A stretch of 64,000 nucleotides of DNA from an uncultured Acidobacteriota bacterium (GTDB taxonomy: Bacteria; Acidobacteriota; Terriglobia; 20CM-2-55-15), in assembly GCA_963836435.1 (NCBI GenBank), contig CAWIJI010000015.1, positions 318 through 64,317 of the forward strand, given 5' to 3'. Below the pieces are notes generated by a model that saw only the letters and a list, made by a program, of their open reading frames with translations, was not told where the DNA came from and made no database searches. Position numbers and translations under genes: made by a program. Below are positions 29,933-38,233 of this stretch, piece after piece. Positions within the stretch are counted from its first letter, which is position 1, and each line of letters starts with the position of its first letter.

Positions 29933-30865
29933 TCAGCGTTTCGGGTAATAGACGCTGTCGGGCGGCAGTTTCTCGGTAAGGTAGTCCTGATCCTTGAAAG
30001 GATATGACGGGCGCGGTTTGGAGTTGATAAACGCCGCAATCTGCTGAGCCTCTTCGTCCGTCAAGCTTCCGGGATAGGTGTACGGCATCATGTAACGAAT
30101 AATGCCCGCGAACGTGTAGATGCGCGCCGCGCCGGCGCCATCGTTCCAGGAATCGGGCCCCCACAAGGGGGCCGCCTTCTTGTCGCCAATCGCCACGCCC
30201 TGACCGTCCATTCCATGACAATTGATACAGCGCTCCATGAAGAGCGCTTCACCCTTCTTTGGATCGAGTTCAGCAACGGGAATCTGCTTGTCCTTCGCGA
30301 TGGCATTCTTGCCGCGCCATTCCGGACTCTTCCCAAGGGGATAACCGTCGGCCAGCCACGTGAGGTACGCAGTGAGCGCCAGAACTTCTTTCGACGTAGC
30401 GGTCGGCAACTGGGCGGCGGTCGCATTCTGGCTGCGAAAGAAACAATCCACGATGCGGTCATTCAACGTGTAGAGCCGGCCGGAGCGCCTGTTGTATTCG
30501 GGAAACGCCGCGGCAACGCCGACCAAAGGCAGGGCGCGTTCACGCTGCCCGGCATTCAAATGGCAATTGCTGCAGGAAATCTTGCCCGGCACGAACTGGG
30601 ACGCCTCCATGGGCGTGTTCGTGAAGAGTCGAAAGCCCCAGCGAATGTCGTTCGATAGCTTCGAGTCGTCGAGCGTTTTGTCGGTAAGGGGATTCCTGGG
30701 GAAGTCCCATGCGGCCACCATGGTGGTGCGCGCATCAATCAACGGGCCTTTCAACACAACACGGGTCAGGGGGCCATTGGCAGCAGACTTTGGGGGTGGC
30801 GCGCAAGTCTGGGCAAAACCCAGTCCGAGCAGAACGACAATTAGAAGTTGGAGCCCGTGTTTCAT
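29933..30865 (-). CDS. tsdA: Diheme cytochrome c, thiosulfate dehydrogenase TsdA-like
   Basis: CSNCH and CINCH heme motifs, RIVDCFFRSQN (TsdA active-site Cys context), PLWGPDSWNDGAGAAR, YMMP. Confidence 0.7.
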   Translation of the reverse strand: MKHGLQLLIVVLLGLGFAQTCAPPPKSAANGPLTRVVLKGPLIDARTTMVAAWDFPRNPLTDKTLDDSKLSNDIRWGFRLFTNTPMEASQFVPGKISCSNCHLNAGQRERALPLVGVAAAFPEYNRRSGRLYTLNDRIVDCFFRSQNATAAQLPTATSKEVLALTAYLTWLADGYPLGKSPEWRGKNAIAKDKQIPVAELDPKKGEALFMERCINCHGMDGQGVAIGDKKAAPLWGPDSWNDGAGAARIYTFAGIIRYMMPYTYPGSLTDEEAQQIAAFINSKPRPSYPFKDQDYLTEKLPPDSVYYPKR

Positions 30866-30928
30866 CCTCTAAACAATGACAATAGTTTATCCGACCCGCA
30901 AAACTTTCCTGATACAATCGCGCCATCC

Positions 30929-31747
30929 ATGAAAACAGTTGCTGCTCTTCTATTGCTGCTGCTGGCTGGGACCTCCTGCTGGCTGACGGCTCACCCCCTG
31001 GCAACTTCTTCGGATGAAGGTCCTGAATTCTATTTCACAAGGCTGGCCTATAGCGAGGACGGCTCGCGTGGGTGGGGGCGGAATCTCGGAAACAGATACG
31101 TCTGCCCGGAGTTCGGCGGCGGCAACTTCTTCCCACCCCAGGGCATGGGCTGGTCGATGGATTCCCCCGGAGCGGATTGCAAGTTCATGGGCGGTGTGCA
31201 CCGTCTGACCGGACTCAGCGTCTTTCCCAATCCCAACATGGTGGAAATCATCGACGACAGTATCTTCAAGTTCCCGTACGCCTACATGGCGGAGGTCGGC
31301 GGCATGCAGTTGTCCACACAGGAGGCCCGGCAGCTGCGTGAATACATGCTGCGCGGCGGCTTCATTCACGTCGACGATTTCTGGGGACTCTATGAGAAGG
31401 GCAATTTCGAGTACCAAATGAAGAAGGTATTCCCGGAGTATTCCTTCGAGGTACTCCCGCTTTCAGACGGGGTGTTTCACACGTTCTTCGACATCGACGA
31501 AATCATCCAGATCCCGGGGGAGGGCGCGGGCTGTTCGGGAGGCCCGACCTATGAGAGGAACGACGACAAAGAAGCGCGGATCTACGGGCTGAAAGACAAT
31601 GAGGGCAAGCTGATGATGGTCGTCACCTACAACTCGGATCTGGGAGACGCCTGGGAATACATGGATGAGGCCTGTTATCCGGCCAAATACTCCGGTCAGG
31701 CCTACCGCCTCGGCCTGAATTTCATGATCTACGCGGCGACACACTAG
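30929..31747 (+). CDS. DUF4159 domain protein
   Basis: EFYFTRLAY, FKFPYAYM, LREYMLRGGFIHVDDFWG, HTFFDI, DLGDAWE, RLGLNFMIYAATH. Confidence 0.8.
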   Translation: MKTVAALLLLLLAGTSCWLTAHPLATSSDEGPEFYFTRLAYSEDGSRGWGRNLGNRYVCPEFGGGNFFPPQGMGWSMDSPGADCKFMGGVHRLTGLSVFPNPNMVEIIDDSIFKFPYAYMAEVGGMQLSTQEARQLREYMLRGGFIHVDDFWGLYEKGNFEYQMKKVFPEYSFEVLPLSDGVFHTFFDIDEIIQIPGEGAGCSGGPTYERNDDKEARIYGLKDNEGKLMMVVTYNSDLGDAWEYMDEACYPAKYSGQAYRLGLNFMIYAATH

Positions 31748-31782
31748 TCTAGCGTCTCACAAATTGTGAGACGCTAGACTAG
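31744..31782. repeat. 39-bp perfect palindrome (19-bp arms, 1-nt centre)
   Basis: CTAGTCTAGCGTCTCACAA-A-TTGTGAGACGCTAGACTAG, overlapping the DUF4159 stop codon. Confidence 0.85.
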
Positions 31783-31850
31783 CTGTTATCGAAAAGCAAA
31801 ACTTGTTGCCGATACGCCATCACGGCGCAGGTGCCGAAAGCGAGGGGAAT

Positions 31851-32366
31851 ATGACCGCGGATCACGCCAAAGCTATCGCCGATTATTTTGCCACCATGTT
31901 CGACCAGGAAAGCGCGAACACCGTCAAGGTGCTGCGCGCGGTTCCCAACGATCGCCGCGACTACAAGCCGGATGGAAAGTCCCGGACGGCGTGGGAGTTG
32001 GCAACCCACCTTGCCGGCTCGGACCTGTGGTTTCTCGATAGCGTCTGCGACGCGGTGTTCGTCTACGACCCGGAGGTCGAGAACAAGCGTACTGCAGGGC
32101 TCAACACCATGGACGACATCGTCGAATTCTACAAGCGCGAGTACCCGAAGCGAATCGAGCGGCTCCGCTCAACCCCGGGCGAGCAACTTGCGAAGGAGGT
32201 CGATTTCTTCGGCGTGACCAGGGGGCCGTCGATCTCGTTCCTGGGGCTGGCCAACAACCATGGCATCCATCACCGCGGCCAACTGATGACATACCTCCGA
32301 GCGATGGGGTCGAAAGTGCCGTCGATCTACGGCGGCAGCGCCGACGAGCCCTTCCAGGGGGCGTAG
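31851..32366 (+). CDS. DinB family protein
   Basis: TVKVLRAVP, YKPDGKSRTAWELATH, NHGIHHRGQLMTYLRAMG. Confidence 0.88.
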   Translation: MTADHAKAIADYFATMFDQESANTVKVLRAVPNDRRDYKPDGKSRTAWELATHLAGSDLWFLDSVCDAVFVYDPEVENKRTAGLNTMDDIVEFYKREYPKRIERLRSTPGEQLAKEVDFFGVTRGPSISFLGLANNHGIHHRGQLMTYLRAMGSKVPSIYGGSADEPFQGA

Positions 32367-32385
32367 CGACGGATTTGGCCGTTCC

Positions 32386-32493
32386 CGGGATTGGAACACT
32401 CTCAGGAACGGTAAACTTCCTCCTGCCGCCGAACGCGGCGGATAAGAAGTCTTGGTCAGTACCGATACAAGTCTGAGGTATGCAGCCGGTCTG
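32386..32493 (+). pseudogene. Remnant of a PIN-like (DUF5615/VapC45-like) gene
   Basis: Manual translation RDWNTLRNGKLPPAAERGG*EVLVSTDTSLRYAAGL resembles the recalled W-x2-L-x-NG-x-L-x2-AAE-x2-GFxVxVTTD-x-NLRYQQNL pattern; in-frame TAA at 32443, no start. Confidence 0.55.
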
Positions 32494-32615
32494 GGGAAAG
32501 AGTGGGGAAAGAGGGACAGCCTCGAGATTGTCCCTTCCCCCCCAGGTTCTAGAACAGGGGCGACGAGTTGTTTCTGCAATTCGCAAAGGCGGCATTGGAC
32601 AAGAGGGTCTCATAC

Positions 32616-32822
32616 CCGGCAGGGGTGCAGGGCTCCTCGCCCCCCTGCCGGGCCCTGCCGGGGTGCGAACGCCCCTCGTGAGATGAACCCCGGGTGTCGC
32701 TACGCTCCACCCGGGGCTACCTTCCTTTCACGCCTCTGGCGTGCAAAATGTCTAAACTCCAGGCGCCGAAGGCGCCGCCGCGCAAGCGCCCGAGCCGGGG
32801 TCCGGGGCAGAGCCCCGTCTAG
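32616..32822. repeat. Composite repeat C: inverted family 1 left part joined to the right half of family 2
   Basis: 32616-32760 is the reverse complement of copy A's left ~60%; 32761-32822 is AGGCGCCGAAGGCGCC...GCGCAAGCGCCCGAGCCGGGGTCCGGGGCAGAGCCCCGTCTAG. Confidence 0.8.
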
Positions 32823-32840
32823 TTTGTGGCGACGATCGCT

Positions 32841-33830
32841 TCATCGTGAATGCTCCACCGTAATCACGACATTTCCCTTCTTGTGCCCTTGCTCAACATA
32901 CTTGAAAGCTTCCGCGATCTGCTTCAAGGGATAACTCCTGTCGATGACCGGCTGGAGCTTCCCAGCCGCGGCAAGTTCTGCGATGAGAGTCATTCGCTCC
33001 AGGTTGTTGATAGCCACACCGCCCCTCATTTTCTTACCACCGGCGATGGAGGTCCATAGCATCCGAACCATGTCAGTCAAACCCATGATGCAGGGAAGAA
33101 AGATGCCTTTGGGCTTCAGCGAGTTTTGGCAGCGATCGAAAGTGGTCGCGCCGACGACGTCAAATATCAGGTCGTAGGTTTCTGTATTCCTGGTGAAATC
33201 TTCCTTCGTGTAGTCGATCACCTTGTCCGCACCCAGGGATTTCACCATTTCTATGTTCGCACCGCTGCACACCGCGGTCACGGTCGCCCCAAAGTGTTTG
33301 GCCAGCTGCACGGCGGCCGAGCCGATGCTCCCCGAAGCTCCAAGGATCAGAAGCTCCTCCCCGGCATGGAGCTTCCCCAGGGCGCGGAGGTAATACAACG
33401 CGGTGTTGGCTCCAAAGGGAATAGCAACTGCCGCCTCCCAACTCAGCGAATCCGGCTTGATCGCCAAAGCCCCCTTTTCGGGAAGGCATGCGTACTGGGC
33501 GTGCCCTCCGCCCACCATGCCGGTCGAGGCAAGAACCCGGTCCCCCGTCTTAAACCTCGTAACGTCTTTCCCCACTCCCTCCACTTCCCCGGCCAGCTCA
33601 GTCCCGAGGACGCGTTCTTTCCATGGCTTTCCAATACCAAAGATGAGTTTCGCAATCGGGAGCATGGATTTGGTAACGAAAGTGAAATTGCGGACGTTGC
33701 AGTCCCCGCTCGACACCGTGGTCGCGTGTATTTTGATCAGGACTTCGCTGTCCTTGGGAACGGGTTTGTCCACCTCCTTGAACTGGAGAAGATCGGGGGA
33801 GCCGTATTGGGTGTGCAGAATCGCTTTCAC
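32841..33830 (-). CDS. NAD(P)-dependent MDR-family oxidoreductase (quinone reductase/ADH-like)
   Basis: GSPDLLQFKEVDKPVP, VLGTELAGEVEGVGKDVTRF, GASGSIG, DYTKEDF, GHKKGNVVI. Confidence 0.88.
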   Translation of the reverse strand: MKAILHTQYGSPDLLQFKEVDKPVPKDSEVLIKIHATTVSSGDCNVRNFTFVTKSMLPIAKLIFGIGKPWKERVLGTELAGEVEGVGKDVTRFKTGDRVLASTGMVGGGHAQYACLPEKGALAIKPDSLSWEAAVAIPFGANTALYYLRALGKLHAGEELLILGASGSIGSAAVQLAKHFGATVTAVCSGANIEMVKSLGADKVIDYTKEDFTRNTETYDLIFDVVGATTFDRCQNSLKPKGIFLPCIMGLTDMVRMLWTSIAGGKKMRGGVAINNLERMTLIAELAAAGKLQPVIDRSYPLKQIAEAFKYVEQGHKKGNVVITVEHSR

Positions 33831-34124
33831 AGGTGTTCCCCTTGGGGTTGTCGTCTATGCCGCATGTTACACGGAGTTCGCGGCAGCTGCTGAACGAAGA
33901 AACAGAGGAGAGTGGCATCCTCGGGATTCAGCGTTTACTTGAAATCCGAGGCTGGCCCTTCCCCCCTTGACTATCTCCAGCCGGAGTGGAGGCGACGCCA
34001 TGAATTCCCCCTCAGCCGTCGGCGCCGTTCAGAGGTGCGGCCAGGCGGCTGGCCTGGGGCTTCAGTCTCGGCAGGATTTGCGATAGGATCGGCCAGCAAA
34101 TCCCGTTCGTGAAAGGAGTCTCCG

Positions 34125-35372
34125 ATGCATCTCCGACGTCTGTTTCGTCTGCAGGCTTGTGTCGTCCTTCTGGCAGCTACCGCCTTTGCTGCCGGGCCCC
34201 TCCCCTCGACCAGGCCGGATGCCGTGGGCTTGTCGCAGCAACGCCTGGACCGCATCCACACCATGGTGAAGAAGCATATCGATGCCGGAGAAATTTCCGG
34301 CGCTGTCATGCTGGTAGCGCGCAAAGGCCAGATTGCCTATATTGACGTGCAAGGCACCATGGACATCGAGACAAAGAAACCCATGACGCGGGATTCGGTG
34401 TTTCGCATGGCTTCGATGACGAAGCCGGTCGTGGGGACCTCGATCATGATGATGCTGGAGGAAGGGAAGGTGCGCCTCACCGACCCGATCTCGCGCTTCA
34501 TTCCCGAATTCAAGGACCAGAAGGTGGCGATCCAGACGGCGCCGGCCCAGGGAAACACGCCGCCAAAGTTCTACACGGTCCCGGCCTCTCACGACATCAC
34601 CATCAAGGACTTGCTGACACATACTTCCGGATTGTCCAGTGGACCGATGGGACAAAGCGTGGTGGCGAAGGAAGGACGACGACGGCCGGAAGACACGCTG
34701 GCGACCTACCTGCCTCGCGTGGCGAAATCTCCGCTGGAGTTCCAGCCCGGCACGCGCTGGATGTACAGCGCTTCCGACGGATTCGATGTCTTGGCGCGCG
34801 TCGTCGAGGTCGCATCGGGAATGCCGTTCAATCAGTTTCTGAAACAACGCATCTTCGATCCGCTCGAAATGACGGAAACCAGCCACTGGCCGACCGACGC
34901 CCAGATGCCCCGGCTGGTCAGCGCCTATACCGTCAACAACGGCAAAATGGTGAAGAACGAAAACTCCATGTCGATGTCGTCGAAGGTCTACTTCGCCGGC
35001 GGTGGCGGCCTCGTGTCAACGGTTGACGACTACGCGAAGTTCGCCCAGATGCTCGCCAACGGGGGCGAACTCAATGGCAAGCGGCTGCTCAGTCCCCGAA
35101 CGGTCTCGCTGATGTCGAGCGTGCACATCCCTTCGACTCTTCCCGGACGCACAGCCGGTGAGGGGTATGGTCTGAGCGTTCGCGTCATCGACGACGCGAT
35201 CGGAGGCAATCACCGCATCTCCAACGGCAGTTTCGGTTGGAGCGGCGCCTACGGCACGCACTTCTGGGTGGATCCCAAGGAGGAGATCGTGGCCGTCATG
35301 ATGATCCAGACTCCGATCCGTGAAATGCGCGCCGAGTTCGAAAACGCGGTGATGCAGGCGATCGTAAAGTAG
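34125..35372 (+). CDS. Exported serine hydrolase, beta-lactamase family
   Basis: FRMASMTKP (SxxK), LLTHTSG, FQPGTRWMYS, WSGAYGTHFWVDP. Confidence 0.9.
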   Translation: MHLRRLFRLQACVVLLAATAFAAGPLPSTRPDAVGLSQQRLDRIHTMVKKHIDAGEISGAVMLVARKGQIAYIDVQGTMDIETKKPMTRDSVFRMASMTKPVVGTSIMMMLEEGKVRLTDPISRFIPEFKDQKVAIQTAPAQGNTPPKFYTVPASHDITIKDLLTHTSGLSSGPMGQSVVAKEGRRRPEDTLATYLPRVAKSPLEFQPGTRWMYSASDGFDVLARVVEVASGMPFNQFLKQRIFDPLEMTETSHWPTDAQMPRLVSAYTVNNGKMVKNENSMSMSSKVYFAGGGGLVSTVDDYAKFAQMLANGGELNGKRLLSPRTVSLMSSVHIPSTLPGRTAGEGYGLSVRVIDDAIGGNHRISNGSFGWSGAYGTHFWVDPKEEIVAVMMIQTPIREMRAEFENAVMQAIVK

Positions 35373-35444
35373 CGGTGGCGGATAAGCCGGGTAGGCGAGG
35401 TGCGCCAGGCGGGAGCGACCACTTCTAAAGAGTGGCTTTGAACA

Positions 35445-36386
35445 CTAACTGAAAGAGCTTCTCGTGATCGCCTTGACGAGATTTGCGCAGTTCGTCCTTA
35501 GATTCAGCATTCTGATACTGTCTGAAAGCAGATTACTTAACGTTAACCTGCTTGACTCAAGCTCGCGCAATAGTTCGCTCAAATCGTATCCCATCATCTT
35601 CAATCGATCTTCACCGTGCCAACGCAAATAGCGCCGGCACCACATCTTACGCAAGGGGTTATTGATCACTTCCTTCCATTTCTCAAGCGGAGACCTATCT
35701 ATCTCACTGTAAGCCTTGATTCCTGTCGGATCACCAAATTCCCCTCTGAAACTAGTTTGCGAAAAGTCCTTCAACAATTTGGGGTCGAATTCCAACTCGA
35801 GGTATTCGGCAATCCTGGATAATTCCTTTCCCGGCGATAACAGGAAATTTTCATAGTTGATCGCCAGGGATCTTTCCGAGTGCGCCTGATAGGCATCAAT
35901 CAGGCCCGCCAACCCATCGAACAGGTCTATCCTGAACCACGGGATATTCCATCGTCCCTTGCCCCATGTTTCGACCATCGATGCGATAACGGCCAATGGG
36001 CTGCGCCACAGAAATATGAACTTTCCGTCGGGGAACATGTCGATGATCTCATCGGCGACAAGCGCATAGCGCGGCGTCTTGTCCAGAAAATATCGTGCAT
36101 CCTTGCTTTTTGCGGCCTTCTGGTAAAGCTCGCGCACGGCGGATCCAACCGCCGAAAGGTAATCCTGCCGGCCGTTGGGGAGTTCCAGAATGAAATCATT
36201 CAATGCCTGACTGGCCAACCCGTGTGAATACTCGGAACGGATCCCTTGCTCCCTTAACGCATAAACCAGGGGCAAAAGCAACCACGGTTCAGCCACGGAA
36301 GCAATCCGGCTGTCTGCAGCCAGCACACGCTGCAGCAGTGTCGAGCCGGAACGCGGCAATGAAAAGATGAAAAGTGGCTTCAGCAT
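35445..36386 (-). CDS. Sulfotransferase (Sulfotransfer_3-like)
   Basis: FSLPRSGSTLLQR PAPS-binding motif, AEPW, LDKTPRY, FLWRSP...S. Confidence 0.85.
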   Translation of the reverse strand: MLKPLFIFSLPRSGSTLLQRVLAADSRIASVAEPWLLLPLVYALREQGIRSEYSHGLASQALNDFILELPNGRQDYLSAVGSAVRELYQKAAKSKDARYFLDKTPRYALVADEIIDMFPDGKFIFLWRSPLAVIASMVETWGKGRWNIPWFRIDLFDGLAGLIDAYQAHSERSLAINYENFLLSPGKELSRIAEYLELEFDPKLLKDFSQTSFRGEFGDPTGIKAYSEIDRSPLEKWKEVINNPLRKMWCRRYLRWHGEDRLKMMGYDLSELLRELESSRLTLSNLLSDSIRMLNLRTNCANLVKAITRSSFS

Positions 36387-36416
36387 TATTGGATATCGAG
36401 CGGCTTGCGGATTCGC

Positions 36417-36690
36417 TTAATGGCGTTTGAACGCAAGAAGTGCCTTCTCCGCCAATCCTCGCGCTCTCAACACAAGTTTCCCCGCAAAGGCGGAACCTGC
36501 CCTGAACTTGCGGTTTGCCTCGACGATCCTTTGATCAACAAACACTTCATCGGGAAACCTGAACGATGTTGTGTCACGCAACGCCACATCAAACCTGCCC
36601 GTCTTGCCGCAGTTGACACCAGTACCATCAAGTCCGGGGTTTTTCACCAAGGACCGGGTGGGATATACCGTGTACTGGTCGCCGGAGCTA
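36417..36690 (-). pseudogene. 3' remnant of a glycosyltransferase (GT-A/GT2-like)
   Basis: DQYTVYPTRSLVKNPGLDGTGVNCG resembles the recalled C-terminal YP-x2-SLV-x-N-x-G-x-DG-x-G-x-HC motif of sugar transferases; no 5' part. Confidence 0.55.
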
Positions 36691-36694
36691 CGCT

Positions 36695-36853
36695 CCGCGT
36701 GCTTGATGGATATGGACTTTGCGGTAAGTCGGCCGCTTGTCCCACGCTCGCCTTACCCGGTTCTTGTCCATCGACTCGCGTTTTTGCTTAGCACTTCAGA
36801 CCCCGCCTCGCGGCAGTAGCCCCTGCGTTTTCGCCAACCCTTCACCTCCATCA
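36695..36853 (-). mobile_element. Group II intron 5'-region (domain I) fragment, no RT ORF
   Basis: Minus strand TGATGGAGGTGAAG...GCGAGGCGGGGTCTGAAG...CGAGTCGATGGACAAGAACCGG...CGCAAAGTCCATATCCATCAAG follows the segment order I recall for bacterial group II intron 5' ends. The GUGYG terminus is absent. Confidence 0.6.
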
Positions 36854-37127
36854 CCGAAAACCCGCGTCCGAGCATGCAAGTATACTCTCGACCGCCCGGC
36901 TATGATCCCCTTCGGAAATCGACCGCGCCGTGCTGAACTGCAGCAAGGCTGAAAGGGAACGGGCGGCAGGAATATACCAGCATGCTCCCAGGCGCGCTGC
37001 GATCAGCGCAGAAAGGGCGGCATTCTTAAAGTTCCTTCGCGAAAGCCAAACTGCTGGAGGAGCGACGAAAAACAGGAAGGTCTACTTGGTCAGCATGCCC
37101 GTTCCACGGGCTCCCTGACCGGCTCGA

Positions 37128-38015
37128 TTATTTCATTGCAATAATTCCCCGGTATTCTCCTGGGCTAAGAGAAGAAAAAAACAGCAGTCGCACCAGTGCA
37201 TTGATAAAGGACAGTTCAAAACGATTCGCATTATCGATCAGTCTGGCCTTAAAGTTATTTTTGGTATAGATCCTCATCCATTTGGCAAACGCCCTGGACA
37301 ATTTCTCCTCATTATAAAGAGAAACGATTTTTTGCAATTCTTCTACCCGCTTTGCGGCTCCTTTGCCGCTTTTATGCGCTTCGTGAATACGATAGAGAGA
37401 AAGATATTCCTGTACTGGTAAAAAGGCTGTCCCTGCTCTACTCGCCCGGATAAACCAGTCCCAGTCAAATGCATAGGTCAGCGATTCATTGAGCTGCCCG
37501 GTAAGCTCCCATGCCTGTTTGTTCCAGAAAGAAGAAGGCTGAATGATATAGTCGCACAGCGATAGCGTGTATTTTGAATGGGCTCTTGCTACGTTACTAC
37601 CCCTGGTTTTTTCTGTCTTATCGTTAAAGTGAAGGCAATTACCAAAGATGATTGTCGGGTTTTCTGTTTGCCGGAATTGCGCGGCAATCCTCGTGAAAAC
37701 GCCCGGCATATACATATCATCCGAATTAATCCAACAGAGAATATCGCCGGTGGCCATTTTAAATCCTGCATTGATGGCCGATGCCTGTCCATTATCTTTC
37801 TGGCTTTGCCAGTGCGTGAAATATTCGCCGTATTTCCGTATGATCTCAACGGTTTCGTCATCACTTCCGCCATCCATCAGAATGTATTCGAGATTGGGAT
37901 ATTGCTGGGAAATAACAGAAAGGATGGTTTGTTCAATAAATTGCCCCTGGTTGTAAGAAGGAGTGATGACAGATATTTTCGGAAGCAACATCAGGTGAGT
38001 ATAATTTGATGGCAT
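37128..38015 (-). CDS. Glycosyltransferase family 2 (AT-rich)
   Basis: KISVITPSYNQGQFIEQTILSV, YILMDGGSDD, GQASAINAG, WINSDD, YAFDWD. Start at ATG 38015 or 37991; the ORF-track upstream extension is rejected. Confidence 0.88.
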   Translation of the reverse strand: MPSNYTHLMLLPKISVITPSYNQGQFIEQTILSVISQQYPNLEYILMDGGSDDETVEIIRKYGEYFTHWQSQKDNGQASAINAGFKMATGDILCWINSDDMYMPGVFTRIAAQFRQTENPTIIFGNCLHFNDKTEKTRGSNVARAHSKYTLSLCDYIIQPSSFWNKQAWELTGQLNESLTYAFDWDWFIRASRAGTAFLPVQEYLSLYRIHEAHKSGKGAAKRVEELQKIVSLYNEEKLSRAFAKWMRIYTKNNFKARLIDNANRFELSFINALVRLLFFSSLSPGEYRGIIAMK

Positions 38016-38054
38016 AAGGCATTCCACATGGGGTTCTTGATCGAATGTTGCAGA

Positions 38055-38216
38055 GCGGTCCTGATCGGAGACAAGCTGCACGACGCGGAGGTCGCCCGGG
38101 CGCTCGGTATCGAGTGCCTTCTTGTCGCTTGCGGACACCATTCGCGCTAAAAACTCTCCCGGGCGGGCTATCCGCTGTTCGATTCTCTCGAGAGCCTCGC
38201 TTCTGAACCTGGCTGA
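38055..38216 (+). pseudogene. 3' remnant of a HAD-family phosphatase
   Basis: AVLIGDKLHDAEVARALGIECLLVACGHHSR*KLSRAGYPLFDSL matches HAD motif IV (GD-x3-D) and tail; internal TAA at 38148. Confidence 0.65.
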
Positions 38217-38233
38217 AACCGATTCTCGGGCGC

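Noticed and set aside
31755-31776. Resemblance of the palindrome to the lac operator (AATTGTGAG) suggesting vector contamination
   Set aside because: Half-sites are in the reverse arrangement and the flanks are continuous native genes.
33831-34124. Possible riboswitch or sRNA in the divergent spacer (GATTTGC...GCAAATC hairpin)
   Set aside because: No recognisable aptamer consensus; an Infernal/Rfam scan would be needed.
34125-35372. Serine hydrolase and MBL-fold genes as antibiotic-resistance determinants
   Set aside because: They match broad esterase/peptidase-like and cyclase-like families; no specific class A-D or B1-B3 signature is supportable from motifs alone.
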